DNA of 64,000 nucleotides from Dehalococcoidales bacterium (GCA_028707255.1 JAQTUQ010000007.1:209-64208); one strand, 5' to 3'; shown: positions 26,654 through 36,671, counted from the first letter of the stretch. Notes: generated from the letters alone by a model not told the origin. Translations and numbers: made by a program.

Positions 26654-27553
26654 CTACAGTACTGTCAACACCAATCCCAGAGCGGCGGCGCACTCCTCTA
26701 TTTCATCGATAACAGATTGCGGGGGATACCCCATGACGATACTGGATGTCCCCACCGATGCCATTAAACCTGCCGACCAGAAGACATTTTCATCCAGGGG
26801 AAGTTTTGCCAGAACTACCTTGATTTCACTAACGCCGACAACATGAATTTTTATCCACCCGACCTCTGAAATGATATCCTCTTCAGATACAATTTCTTCG
26901 ATAAATTTGTTGCGGTTGGTGCCGGTTATCAGGGTAAAGTGCCACGAGCCTTCTTCCATCCATGAATAAAGCTCGTATCCTTTAATCGATAAAGGCAATT
27001 TGTCGATATCGGTAATCGATAAACCCGTAGTCAATTTGCCGGCCTGCTCCAGAGATTGTAAAACTGTTTCATTTTCCCTGGGGTCACCCCCTTGATAAAA
27101 AGAGTTAGAGGGGTAACCCAATTCAATGGTAATAATTTCAGGCAACTCGCTCCCTAAGGGTTTCCTTACAGTAACTCCCTCGAAGAGAAACGAGGAGTAG
27201 GGAACCCAGAAAGCTCCCCAGTATACCGGCCCCTTATCTACGCAAACCACAAAAGACCTGCCGGAAACCGGGACATCGAGCACGGAGATGCGCTCAAAAG
27301 CCTCAGGAGTCAATTTCAGCTCGTGAGTTTGCGAATTGTAATAAATAATATCATCTATCGAAATAACGGGCTTTTCTGTGATTTCAACATGACTTAAAGC
27401 TTCCATTTGGGAAGGGCGGATATCGTCTTTTGTAAGGTAAATAGCGAATCCTTCAACTTTTTCATTACCAGTGCAGCCGACGAGAAAAAGAGGAAAGACA
27501 ATTACGGAAAGCACAAGTACTTTAACAAGAATATTCTTTGAATATCCGCTCAT
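26654..27553 (-). CDS. hypothetical lipoprotein
   Basis: Start chosen at the ATG after a G-rich RBS. Lipobox LVGC. The ORF track extends it to 27604. Confidence 0.6.
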   Translation of the reverse strand: MSGYSKNILVKVLVLSVIVFPLFLVGCTGNEKVEGFAIYLTKDDIRPSQMEALSHVEITEKPVISIDDIIYYNSQTHELKLTPEAFERISVLDVPVSGRSFVVCVDKGPVYWGAFWVPYSSFLFEGVTVRKPLGSELPEIITIELGYPSNSFYQGGDPRENETVLQSLEQAGKLTTGLSITDIDKLPLSIKGYELYSWMEEGSWHFTLITGTNRNKFIEEIVSEEDIISEVGWIKIHVVGVSEIKVVLAKLPLDENVFWSAGLMASVGTSSIVMGYPPQSVIDEIEECAAALGLVLTVL

Positions 27554-27645
27554 AGCACCCCCCGATTTCCTAAAAGTTTGCGATTTTATTATATATAACG
27601 ACACGGATTTCTAAACGTTAGGTTGAGCGAAGACGTAATTTTAAA

Positions 27646-27918
27646 TTATTTCTTTTCTTTATTGAAACAATCGGCAATCTTTTTCCCGAATTCTTCAGCG
27701 GCCTTGCCCACATCCCTAAACTTCTCTTTAACATCGTCTTCCTTTAACCTGTCTACCAGGCTGTTTGCTGAAGCCGAAGCGCTTTCGGCAAACTCCTTCG
27801 CCTTCTCCTTCAGTTCGGGGTCGTTGAATATATCGCCTACAGCCTGCCCGAAGGTTTTTAAAAGACCGGCAAAACTCTCGACCGTTTCCGTTTTATGTTC
27901 CTGATTCTCCTGCGTCAT
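27646..27918 (-). CDS. hypothetical helical protein
   Basis: 90 aa. RBS GGGAGGA. Confidence 0.55.
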   Translation of the reverse strand: MTQENQEHKTETVESFAGLLKTFGQAVGDIFNDPELKEKAKEFAESASASANSLVDRLKEDDVKEKFRDVGKAAEEFGKKIADCFNKEKK

Positions 27919-28202
27919 AATTCCTCCCGCTACCGATAGATAATCGTCGACCGGAAGTTATTCCCGCCGTCAACGCCTTATAATATTACCAATAATACCC
28001 GCTTTCAACCAAAATGACATTCTCCCCGACGATTGCGTCGGGGAATTAAGCCCTAAAAGAGATTAAAATATGATATGAAATAGATAAAATTGTTGTATAA
28101 TCAGAGTATACAGCAAAATTTAAAACAGAAATAATATTAAGTATTAAAAATATTCGTTATTCCGGTTCGCGGCGCTGTTTACTTTAAAAACAGGAGTATG
28201 AA

Positions 28203-28979
28203 ATGGAAGATTTAAATTATGAATCCGGAAAGAATAAGGGGAGACAGATTTCGAGAAGGGATTTTCTCCGTAATACCGGTTTTCTGTTAACCGGAACTGC
28301 CATCACCTCTTTTTTATTTGCGAGCGCATGCCGGGATAATACGGAAGGCACTGAAACCACTGAATCCTCTCAAACAGTCGAACCTTCCGATGAGGTGATA
28401 TACAGTTCGGATACGCTGAGAAGAGATCGAATCCCGCCGGAGCAAATTGAAACCAAGATTTGGCCAGTCTTGCACGAAGGCGTATTACCGGAAATAAGCC
28501 ATCCTGACTGGACACTCACAATTTCGGGATTGGTAGAAAATGAAAAAGTCTTAACTTATGCCGAATTTACAGCGTTACCCAGGGTGAAAGTGTTTTCCGA
28601 TGTTCATTGCGTCACCGGATGGACCAAATTGAACAACCTGTGGGAAGGTGTCAGCTCCCGGTCTATAGTAGATTTAGCGCGTATCAAACCTGAGACAAAA
28701 TTCGTTATTGTAAAATCTGATTACTGGAGTTACTCCGCTAATCTGCCCTTGGACTACTTTCTGGAAGAAGACGTACTCTTTGCCGTCAAGCATGACGAAC
28801 AGGATCTAAATACCGAACACGGAGCTCCGGTACGTTTGGTTGTTCCTAAACTTTATTTCTGGAAAAGTGTAAAGTGGGTAACAAGTATCGAATTTTCAGA
28901 GGATGACCGCCCAGGTTACTGGGAAACCAGAGGATTTCATTACCGCGGCGACCCATGGTTTAATGAGAGATACCGATAA
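28203..28979 (+). CDS. molybdopterin-dependent oxidoreductase (sulfite oxidase/MsrP-like) with Tat signal
   Basis: 258 aa. SRRDFLRNTG twin-arginine signal and HCVTGW motif. Confidence 0.8.
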   Translation: MEDLNYESGKNKGRQISRRDFLRNTGFLLTGTAITSFLFASACRDNTEGTETTESSQTVEPSDEVIYSSDTLRRDRIPPEQIETKIWPVLHEGVLPEISHPDWTLTISGLVENEKVLTYAEFTALPRVKVFSDVHCVTGWTKLNNLWEGVSSRSIVDLARIKPETKFVIVKSDYWSYSANLPLDYFLEEDVLFAVKHDEQDLNTEHGAPVRLVVPKLYFWKSVKWVTSIEFSEDDRPGYWETRGFHYRGDPWFNERYR

Positions 28980-29022
28980 TTTAAAACAATAAAGCGGTAA
29001 TATTTTTATAAGAAGGTAAAAA

Positions 29023-29469
29023 ATGAAGAAAACGCTATCTGAATTCAAGAATTTCATCCTGCGCGGCAATGTAATGGACATGGCGGTAGGCATTATCATC
29101 GGTATCGCTTTCGGAGCCATAGTAACTTCGCTGGTAAACGATGTTATCATGCCCCCGATCGGTTTTTTACTGGGTAATATAGACTTTTCCAGCCTTTATA
29201 TAAATATGTCGGGCACTGAATATGCCTCACTCAGCGAGGCCAGAGCGGCCGGGGCTCCGGTAATCGCTTACGGAGCGTTCATAAACACCATCATCAACTT
29301 CCTGATTATTGCTCTGGTTGTATTCCTGATGATACGGTTTGTGAATAATCTGGTAAAACGCGGACAAAAAGCGGAAGCGAAAACCCGAGAATGCCCCTTT
29401 TGCTTCTCAAGCATATCGCTTAAAGCTACCCGTTGTTCCCATTGCACATCGCAACTGGATATAAAATAA
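29023..29469 (+). CDS. mscL: large-conductance mechanosensitive channel MscL with C-terminal zinc ribbon
   Basis: 148 aa. EFKNFILRGNVMDMAVGIIIGIAFGAIVTSLVNDVIMPPIG, ending in CPFC...CSHC. Confidence 0.9.
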   Translation: MKKTLSEFKNFILRGNVMDMAVGIIIGIAFGAIVTSLVNDVIMPPIGFLLGNIDFSSLYINMSGTEYASLSEARAAGAPVIAYGAFINTIINFLIIALVVFLMIRFVNNLVKRGQKAEAKTRECPFCFSSISLKATRCSHCTSQLDIK

Positions 29470-29549
29470 AAACCGCGATTTTGTAAGTATTGATTTTATA
29501 CTCCCGGTTCGTATATAGTGAAATTGTATTAGGAACAGGCAGGTGCAAT

Positions 29550-29762
29550 ATGCGTTATCTTTTCTTTCTGGTTATCGGTCTGGTTTTAATAGCTAATTTC
29601 GTGGTGCTGATGATATACGGCGATACCCTTCAAAGCACACATCTTTTCATCGTCCGCGGCATCGTATTTTATCCTATAGCTTTCGTTAACCTGATACTCG
29701 GTATCACAATGATTCTGTATCTCGGGATTACGTTTTACAAACAAAAAATCAAAATGGATTGA
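29550..29762 (+). CDS. small membrane protein
   Basis: 70 aa starting from the internal ATG (MRYLFFLVIG...), 2 TM segments. Confidence 0.45.
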   Translation: MRYLFFLVIGLVLIANFVVLMIYGDTLQSTHLFIVRGIVFYPIAFVNLILGITMILYLGITFYKQKIKMD

Positions 29763-29962
29763 TGTTAACCAGGGGAAAGTGAGCCTCGATGTAAGCGGTA
29801 TGGTGCAGAAATAATCGATGGATAGTGCGGAGTGTATCCTCTGCGGAACCTATGCGGATAGTTGCCCCAATAATATAATCGGTTATTCGTGGAGGAATCA
29901 CTGGGAATAACTGTGGTTATTGAATTTTTTAAAAGGCAATCCCGGAGAAATGTGCTTAAAAA

Positions 29963-30208
29963 TCAGAAAGAGACCTTACATATCGGGCAGGTAACCAGGG
30001 TATTCTTCGACTCCAACATTGTCTTCATCATTTTAGACAGCATCGATATATCGCCACCGGTATGAAAACTGTGAACTCCCGCTCGCACCACACCAATCGC
30101 ACCCTTGTTTCGTTCAGGTATTATTTCTGCAAATCCATCGTCGGGCAGGTCGGGCTTACTGATTAGCAGTATAAATTCGTGCTCTGTCCACTCTCTTTTT
30201 TCTGCCAT
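29963..30208 (-). CDS. hypothetical protein
   Basis: 81 aa. RBS AGGAGGA. C-terminal CPIC. Confidence 0.5.
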   Translation of the reverse strand: MAEKREWTEHEFILLISKPDLPDDGFAEIIPERNKGAIGVVRAGVHSFHTGGDISMLSKMMKTMLESKNTLVTCPICKVSF

Positions 30209-30355
30209 GATATCCTCCTGTAAAATACTATTTTGTAGAAGTATTTCATTGACGTCACTATAATTTTACTACCGGACGGGCTTGCTATCAACGATTAATA
30301 TGTCTTTTATATCTGATTGGTTGACAAATATCGTTTAAAATGAAAGACTATCTCT

Positions 30356-30895
30356 ATGGATATAGAACAGAGAAGAGAGTTGCTGGCGACATTGCCCCCC
30401 AATGAAAAGAAGGTGATTTATACTTCAGTGGACGGGACCGAGATATCCGTTACCAGAACGGACGAACTTACTGTTAAAGATTTTTCAGTTTTCTTAAAGA
30501 AGCCGGGCGAAGAAGAATTCACTGCGACCTTTATTCGTTTGCTTATAGACCTGCATATTAAAAAAATCAGTAAACCCGATGAAATAGACGCACTTTCGAA
30601 GGGGTTTGAAAGTATCTATAAAGGAGAAGATTGCAGCGCTTTAATCGAGGGTATCGATGGGAAGACTTTCCCCATGCAACTGGACAAACTCGATATAAAC
30701 ATGGTCTGTGCACAGTTATTAATGATAAAGCAGGAATTCAATTACGGCCACGGGAAACGCGAAACTGTTTACGACCCGGCGCGAGGATACCAGATGGCTT
30801 ATATCCGCTGGGTGTTATCTAAGAAAAACGAAATAGATAAGATTGTTGAGGCAGTAGTTAAAGAATATATACCTCCGGAGAAATTCGATAACTAG
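30356..30895 (+). CDS. hypothetical protein
   Basis: 179-aa ORF. No motif recognised. Confidence 0.5.
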   Translation: MDIEQRRELLATLPPNEKKVIYTSVDGTEISVTRTDELTVKDFSVFLKKPGEEEFTATFIRLLIDLHIKKISKPDEIDALSKGFESIYKGEDCSALIEGIDGKTFPMQLDKLDINMVCAQLLMIKQEFNYGHGKRETVYDPARGYQMAYIRWVLSKKNEIDKIVEAVVKEYIPPEKFDN

Positions 30896-31035
30896 CATCG
30901 ATTTCCATACGGACATTTAATAAAATACCTCTCAAATTTACTTTCCCATAATCACTTTGCGTTTAAAACGTTTTAAATTACGGCTGAAGTATGGTTTTAT
31001 CTGCAAACTTGTGATAATATGAAAAAAGAAGAGTT

Positions 31036-31587
31036 ATGAGCGAAGATTCAATTAAAACAATAGAAGAACTGCAAGAAACCAAATACAGCGAACCTGATTT
31101 AATCGAGGCTACGCAGACTATCAAACAGGTAGAGGAAATAAAAGAAGCGGTAGAAGCGACCGTAACCGATACCAGTTTACCCGAAAAGGTGGTAGACCTG
31201 CGCGACATGCTCGAACATTTAAGCGACGAGGTAGACAGCTGGAAGACATGGCATAAAAAAGACTACCAGAGTGCCATAGAGACATTGAAAAGCCAGGTCG
31301 AAGAAATACATAAGGAATGGGGCAATGTATCCAGCAACCTCAATTCACAGCGTGAAAAGCTGGAGTCTTTGCTGCAATCCGCTCCGGGAATCATCGAGAC
31401 CTCCACACTCAAGGCGCTATCCCTGAGAGTGGCGCACCTTGAAAAACTGATTGCTCAGATATTCAATGAAACTCAAACCAATGCCGCTCTGAAAAGTTCC
31501 AAAAGACAATTCATTATTTCGATTATCGCGCTGGTGGTTACCATTATACTGTGGATGGTATTTATAATAATGAACCTGTTAAAGTAA
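31036..31587 (+). CDS. coiled-coil protein with C-terminal TM anchor
   Basis: 183 aa. Acidic heptad-like sequence ending in IISIIALVVTIILWMVFIIM. Confidence 0.5.
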   Translation: MSEDSIKTIEELQETKYSEPDLIEATQTIKQVEEIKEAVEATVTDTSLPEKVVDLRDMLEHLSDEVDSWKTWHKKDYQSAIETLKSQVEEIHKEWGNVSSNLNSQREKLESLLQSAPGIIETSTLKALSLRVAHLEKLIAQIFNETQTNAALKSSKRQFIISIIALVVTIILWMVFIIMNLLK

Positions 31588-31728
31588 AACCAGTAACATC
31601 CAGCGCCTGTTTGATAATCCGGCCGTCCGCTGTCATTTACGATTTATTGATATCGTCCGGGCTTATATTATTGACACGAGAAAAACTGTATTTTTATGAA
31701 CCGGATGTTTTCAAGGAGTGTTTTTAAG

Positions 31729-32268
31729 ATGTTGGAAATCGATAAAGCCATCCTGCTTGTAATAGACGTACAGGAAAAACTGCTGCCTGTCATCTATCGA
31801 AAAGAGGATTTGACTTCGAATATCATAAAACTGATTCGCGGCGCGCAGGTGCTGGAAATCCCGCTGATGGTAACGGAACAGTATCCGAAAGGATTGGGAA
31901 AAACGGTTTCCGAAATAGTCGAGTTAATACCCGTTATCGAACCGCTACCGAAAACCAGCTTCAGCTGCTATGGCGATAAAGGATTCAAGAAATCGCTGGA
32001 TGCTTGCGGCAAAAAACAGCTTCTCGTCTGCGGTATAGAAACACATGTCTGCGTTTATCAAACGGCCGTAGAGTTGAAGGAAGCCGGATATGAGGTATAC
32101 GTGGTTGCCGATGCCGTTTCTTCGCGGACAGCGGAAAATAAGGAAATCGGTTTGAATTTGATGAAGCAGATGGGAATTACCGTTACAGGTACCGAGACCG
32201 TCCTTTTCGAACTGCTCAAAATAGCCGAAGGCGAAAAGTTCAAAGCCATCAGCAGGATTGTGAAATAG
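31729..32268 (+). CDS. isochorismatase-family hydrolase
   Basis: Start at the ATG after AAGGAG. AILLVIDVQEK...LVCGIETHVCV. Confidence 0.85.
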   Translation: MLEIDKAILLVIDVQEKLLPVIYRKEDLTSNIIKLIRGAQVLEIPLMVTEQYPKGLGKTVSEIVELIPVIEPLPKTSFSCYGDKGFKKSLDACGKKQLLVCGIETHVCVYQTAVELKEAGYEVYVVADAVSSRTAENKEIGLNLMKQMGITVTGTETVLFELLKIAEGEKFKAISRIVK

Positions 32269-32279
32269 TCCACGCAGCG

Positions 32280-32891
32280 CTAGACAATTGAGCGAGCTTT
32301 CACCACGGCTACCATGCCGCTTTTAAAATACCCGGTTTTTTCCGCTACCAACCCGTGTTCTTCAACTATTTTTGAAAGCCCGCCGCTCTCTTTAAAATCC
32401 TTAAACCCCTGATAATGAGACCCGCCGGCAAAGTATTCGACGATATTTGCTCCCATTCCCCAGATATTGCGTGGCAATGGAATGTTAAAATCCATAAAAA
32501 TCAGAGAGCCTCTCTTTTTCACTACCCGTTTCATTTCGGAGACTACCGCGCTGCGTACATCGGGAAGCTTATCGTGCAGGGCAAAAGAAACCGAAACAAA
32601 ATCGAAACTTTTATCATCAAAGGGTAGCGCCGTGGCATCGGCAATATAAAATGAGATGTTCTCCATTTTTAACTGCAACCTGTTCTTTACAGCAAAAGCA
32701 AGCATATTCTCATCGCTGTCGATTCCGACAGCCGTTATCCCTCGCCTGCCGTACTCAATCACCTGAGCACCCGTTCCGCAGCATACATCCAGAGACGAAT
32801 CGCCGGCTTTCATTGCGGAAAAATCAACCAAAGATTGCCTGACAATCTTCAGGAGCGGGTCTACCAGGTTTTCATATGTTAATAATGCCAT
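32280..32891 (-). CDS. class I SAM-dependent methyltransferase
   Basis: 203 aa. LDVCCGTGAQ motif I. Confidence 0.85.
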   Translation of the reverse strand: MALLTYENLVDPLLKIVRQSLVDFSAMKAGDSSLDVCCGTGAQVIEYGRRGITAVGIDSDENMLAFAVKNRLQLKMENISFYIADATALPFDDKSFDFVSVSFALHDKLPDVRSAVVSEMKRVVKKRGSLIFMDFNIPLPRNIWGMGANIVEYFAGGSHYQGFKDFKESGGLSKIVEEHGLVAEKTGYFKSGMVAVVKARSIV

Positions 32892-32965
32892 CTTTATACA
32901 TCCCTGAAAAATGATTTAATAATGATTATACCATGCTACAAGACGATTTATGGTAGATTATATAC

Positions 32966-33283
32966 ATGAGAATGTGGCTGGTTGACCCGAAAGCGATGTG
33001 CCGCAGGCACCTGCAAGGAGAACACCTGGAACTGCATATGCTGGCAGGCTGCCTTGAGAAGGGGAAAAATATTAAAGGATTTATCGAAAAAGGTTTTATA
33101 GACCCCATCCTGCTCATCCGCCGCCACGACCAACTGGTTGGAGAGATGAAAAGGCGCGGATACAATCATTGCTCCCATATCGATAAACTGCCGAAGATTT
33201 TAGAAAAGGGTCATATCGACCCGGAAGCCAACAGAATCGAGTTATACAGAAGATGTGACGAATGCCGGGAAGGGCAATTTTAG
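32966..33283 (+). CDS. pyrimidine-dimer DNA glycosylase-like (DenV/TIGR02328-like) protein
   Basis: 105 aa. MRMWLVDPKAMCRRHLQGEHLELH resembles that family from memory. Confidence 0.55.
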   Translation: MRMWLVDPKAMCRRHLQGEHLELHMLAGCLEKGKNIKGFIEKGFIDPILLIRRHDQLVGEMKRRGYNHCSHIDKLPKILEKGHIDPEANRIELYRRCDECREGQF

Positions 33284-33339
33284 ACTTCCCTCATTGGAGA
33301 AGAGTGATCAAGTGAGATTTGCTCCTTCTATTCCGATGA

Positions 33340-33544
33340 CTTGCAAAATCCCTCTTATTCTCCCTTTGATAAAGGGAGAGAACCGCTGAGTGGTATTTCC
33401 TACCCCGCGAGCCCCGACAGGTCGGGGCGAAGCAATCTTTCTCGAATAGACCGCATGCAGTATTAAAATATCCGGTAGAGATTGCCGAGTGGTTCGACAG
33501 GCTTCCTTCGAGAACCTCAGGACAGGCTCCACGAACGGCTTTTA
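33340..33544. repeat. composite cluster of palindromic repeat modules
   Basis: Contains GGCGAAGCAATCTTTCTCGAATAGACC...GGTAGAGATTGCC plus TTCGACAGGCT / CTCAGGACAGGCTCCACGAACGG modules. Confidence 0.75.
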
Positions 33545-34060
33545 TTATGTCTGCGGCTTCGGTTCGCGGCATTTGCCGGATACGGACGCTATTTCGATTA
33601 CCAGCACCACCAATCTGTCGAGCTTGTGCTGCTCGAACTCATTCGATTGCCTCGCGATTTCGGTTGCCGCATACTTATCACCCAGCAGCTGCAACCCCTT
33701 GAGCATCTCTTCGTTTGCGGTTATCGACATAGTTCCGTAGCAGATGACACTACGATAGGCATAATCGATATCGCAGATATGTTTACCTGTCAGCGCATTT
33801 ACCGCTTCGACGGGGTCGTCGACTTCGAAGCAAACAGCATTATTCATCTTCAGATTATCGAGCAGTTGTCCGCCTTTCGCCGCATGGTGTATATAGATGC
33901 GGCGCGTCGACGGTTCGTAAGCATAGTTGACTGGAGTGATATAGGGAGTACCCTCCGGGCAAACGGTTGCTATCCTGCCGACCTGCGACTTTTGCAACAA
34001 TGCATCGCTTTCTTCAGCAGTCATAATACGATTCTTTAAATGAACTAGTTCCGAGTGCAT
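33545..34060 (-). CDS. pyridoxamine 5'-phosphate oxidase family (flavin-binding) protein
   Basis: 171 aa. ...VGRIATVCPEGTPYITPVNYAY... The C-terminal residues abut the repeat. Confidence 0.8.
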   Translation of the reverse strand: MHSELVHLKNRIMTAEESDALLQKSQVGRIATVCPEGTPYITPVNYAYEPSTRRIYIHHAAKGGQLLDNLKMNNAVCFEVDDPVEAVNALTGKHICDIDYAYRSVICYGTMSITANEEMLKGLQLLGDKYAATEIARQSNEFEQHKLDRLVVLVIEIASVSGKCREPKPQT

Positions 34061-34096
34061 TTCGATTCCTCACTAAAACAGGCGGAAATATAATAA

Positions 34097-34216
34097 TGTC
34101 ATTGCGAATCCCACTTGTCGGGATGAAGCAATCTTTCTCGAATAGACTGTATGGTAGAATTAAAAATATCGGTAGAGATTGCCGCGCTTTCCCTTCGGGA
34201 AAACTCGCAATGACTG
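34097..34216. repeat. module A unit (about 120-nt rod-like palindrome)
   Basis: TGTCATTGCGA...GAAGCAATCTTTC...GGTAGAGATTGCC...TCGCAATGAC. Reverse complement of 40771-40889. Confidence 0.85.
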
Positions 34217-34288
34217 TTTATCTCCCCACCCCGCATGCTGCGCCCCAAGCTAGCGGGGCGCAGCATGGCATTTACTACTCTTAATTTA

Positions 34289-35209
34289 CTATTTTTTATG
34301 TTTCTCTTCGGTGGCCATATCGGCAGCCAGTAACGATGTCAATATCTGCTGCTGGAACTCACCGACCGCGCCCGGCGAATGCGGGATTAAAATGGTGTTG
34401 TTGTTGGAATGCTTGCCGACATCGGTCAGCATATCGTAATACTGCGTCAAAAGCACCAGCGCCATAACATCCTTGGCATTTATTCCCTGAATTGCCTGCT
34501 GGAAATCCTCGACCGACTCGCGCAAACCCTTGATAATGGCCATTCTCTGATTGGCGACACCGACACCGGATAATTCTTTACTCTTGGCATCAGCTTCGGC
34601 AGCCTTCACCACCAGGATTTTTTCGGCTTCGCCCTTGTGCTCGGCAGCAACCCTCATTCTCTCCTGAGCATTGATTTCGTTCATAGCAGTGGCTACCTTG
34701 CTATCGGGAACGATATCGTTTACCAGCGCCGTCTTTATGAAATAACCGAATTCCGGCATGATGGTACCCAGTTTAGCCTCGATATCCTCGGCGATATCTT
34801 CTTTCTTCTCGAAGACTTCATCCAGTTTCATATGAGGTACTTTCGCCCTGACGGTATCGAAAACGAAGGATTCCATCTGCGCCAGCGGATTGGTCAGTTT
34901 ATAGAAGGCATCCCACACCTTTTCCTTGGTAACAAAGAACTGGACTGCAATCAGCAGGTTGACGAACACGTTATCCTGAGTTTTCGTCTTGACCTCCACA
35001 TTTAATTCACGCACCCTGATGGAAACGCGCCCGACAACGTTTTCTATTATCGGCCACTTTAAGTGAAGACCCGGCCCGGCGATTCTGGCGTATTTACCGA
35101 ATCTCTCGACGACGGCATAAGTCTGCTGCTTGACCGTATAGATACCCATAAAAAGAAATAAGAGTACGAGAATAGCGACGATAAACCAGACAATTATTGT
35201 TCCAGCCAT
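34289..35209 (-). CDS. SPFH/band 7 (stomatin-prohibitin) domain protein
   Basis: 306 aa. N-terminal TM helix, then QQTYAVVERFGKY... Confidence 0.9.
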   Translation of the reverse strand: MAGTIIVWFIVAILVLLFLFMGIYTVKQQTYAVVERFGKYARIAGPGLHLKWPIIENVVGRVSIRVRELNVEVKTKTQDNVFVNLLIAVQFFVTKEKVWDAFYKLTNPLAQMESFVFDTVRAKVPHMKLDEVFEKKEDIAEDIEAKLGTIMPEFGYFIKTALVNDIVPDSKVATAMNEINAQERMRVAAEHKGEAEKILVVKAAEADAKSKELSGVGVANQRMAIIKGLRESVEDFQQAIQGINAKDVMALVLLTQYYDMLTDVGKHSNNNTILIPHSPGAVGEFQQQILTSLLAADMATEEKHKK

Positions 35210-35321
35210 AATATATACCTCCCAAAGAATTTTTTTCGCTTACGTTAATTATATACCAATGGTTGATAATCATCGAATACGATTGGTCATACGCAATTAT
35301 AATCTATTCATTCTATCTCTG

Positions 35322-35660
35322 TTCTTCGACAAGCTCAGCAATTGTCATTCTGAGGCGAAGACGAAGAATCCAAGACTTATTGAATGGCATTCAGATACTT
35401 CGCTGCGCTCAGTATGACGATAAGCTTTAAAACCTCACCCCCGTGCCCCCTCTCCGCACACAGAGAGGGGCATGATAGCAGTTACCCCCTTCTCTGATTT
35501 CGGAGAAGGGGGACAGGGGGATGAGGTTTTTTCACTCGTGTCCTTCGACGATCTCAGGATGCTCGAATATTATTAAAGCCGTTTCATAACATGTTGAGTT
35601 CCGTAATTCGGAACGAAATCTCGACCTGTCGGGATCGAACCATAACGGTTTAATATATTA
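35322..35660. repeat. composite repeat cluster including a 100-nt cloverleaf-like nested palindrome
   Basis: Module B at 35342-35420, nested palindrome at 35429-35529, TTCGAC/CTCAGGATG modules at 35540-35650. Confidence 0.8.
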
Positions 35661-35683
35661 ACCACTGCAACCATATTAATATC

Positions 35684-36373
35684 TTACCTTAAATGACTGC
35701 CGTCGCAGAAGGGTTTGTTGGCGCTTTTCCCGCAGCGGCAGAGAGTAACGCGATTGCGCACTTCATAGGTTTTGCCGTCGGCAGATTCAACCGGAATGCC
35801 GCCCCTCACCCACAGCGGCCCGTCTTTTCCTTTCTGCGGGTCTTTTACCAACCCGATGGAAGGAGTAAATTCAGGCTCGATGGCATTCCCTGCCTTATCA
35901 TGGGCAACCAGCCGGCCGGAAGGGCAATCGCAGGCTTCTTCGATAGCCGTTTGACGCGACTCGGGATTGTCGGATTGTTCGGTCAGATTCCATGTACCGC
36001 CGGCGCGGTGGCAGAAACGCGCCGAAGCGCACAGGTCTTCGGCATCGGTCAGCGTCAATTCTGGTCCCTCGTATGTTTGCGCCTGCTCCGCATACGGTTT
36101 TCTGCTGGCGGTTTCCTGCCCTTTAAATTTGGTGACAGCATGCATGCCGGTGCAAAACGGCTTGTTGACGCTTTTTCCGCAGCGGCAAAGCCGGTAGCTC
36201 TCCTGCCCGGGATACTGCTTGCCTTCCTGCCAACCGTGGCATTCGCCATCGCTATCGACCTGTATAATTTGCTCCGCCAGCGGCACTCCACCGGTTACCG
36301 CATAGGGTCCGTTTTCGGTTACCTTGACCCTGCACTGATTTTCTTCGGGGGACTTGTTGCCTGCTTCTTCCAT
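35684..36373 (-). CDS. CDGSH-type iron-sulfur domain protein
   Basis: Start at the ATG after AAGGAG. CRCGKSVNKPFCTGMH and CRCGKSANKPFCDGSH motifs. Confidence 0.8.
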   Translation of the reverse strand: MEEAGNKSPEENQCRVKVTENGPYAVTGGVPLAEQIIQVDSDGECHGWQEGKQYPGQESYRLCRCGKSVNKPFCTGMHAVTKFKGQETASRKPYAEQAQTYEGPELTLTDAEDLCASARFCHRAGGTWNLTEQSDNPESRQTAIEEACDCPSGRLVAHDKAGNAIEPEFTPSIGLVKDPQKGKDGPLWVRGGIPVESADGKTYEVRNRVTLCRCGKSANKPFCDGSHLR

Positions 36374-36450
36374 CGAAATCTCCTTTTTTAATTTATGAAT
36401 AAAATCAGGTAAGGAGTATGGCAATATGAGGTTTGAAATAGACCGCTACC

Positions 36451-36636
36451 CTAGCTCTTTTCTTCCACCGTTCTGGGCTGCCAACTGGGAGAGCCGCACT
36501 TGGGACAGATCTTGGGCTTGGGCGTTCCCTCGGGAACCAACTGCCGCCAGATAAAACGGCAATGAATGCACCTGTAAGTGAACCACTTCTTTTCTTCCAT
36601 ATGAATCATTATAGGCTCTATTGGGGGGGATGTCAC
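36451..36636 (-). CDS. small zinc-ribbon protein
   Basis: 61 aa. CIHC...CPKCG. The start codon is uncertain. Confidence 0.5.
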   Translation of the reverse strand: MTSPPIEPIMIHMEEKKWFTYRCIHCRFIWRQLVPEGTPKPKICPKCGSPSWQPRTVEEKS

Positions 36637-36671
36637 TATGGGGGGAATAAAATTATCAACTAAAAATGTTT

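Noticed and set aside
29818-29910. 30-aa ORF MDSAECILCGTYADSCPNNIIGYSWRNHWE resembling the end of a 4Fe-4S ferredoxin domain
   Set aside because: It is too short, one Cys of the CxxCxxCxxxCP pattern is replaced by Tyr, and there is no RBS. At most it is a gene remnant and cannot be supported as a feature.
33482-34039. 185-aa plus-strand ORF antisense to the PNPOx-family gene
   Set aside because: It starts inside a repeat cluster and has no recognisable motif, while the opposite strand encodes a recognisable flavin-binding protein.
35693-36391. 232-aa plus-strand ORF covering the whole CDGSH gene
   Set aside because: Shadow ORF in a G+C-rich gene. The minus-strand product carries two textbook CDGSH motifs and a good RBS, whereas the plus-strand product is low-complexity Ala/Gly/Arg with no start context.
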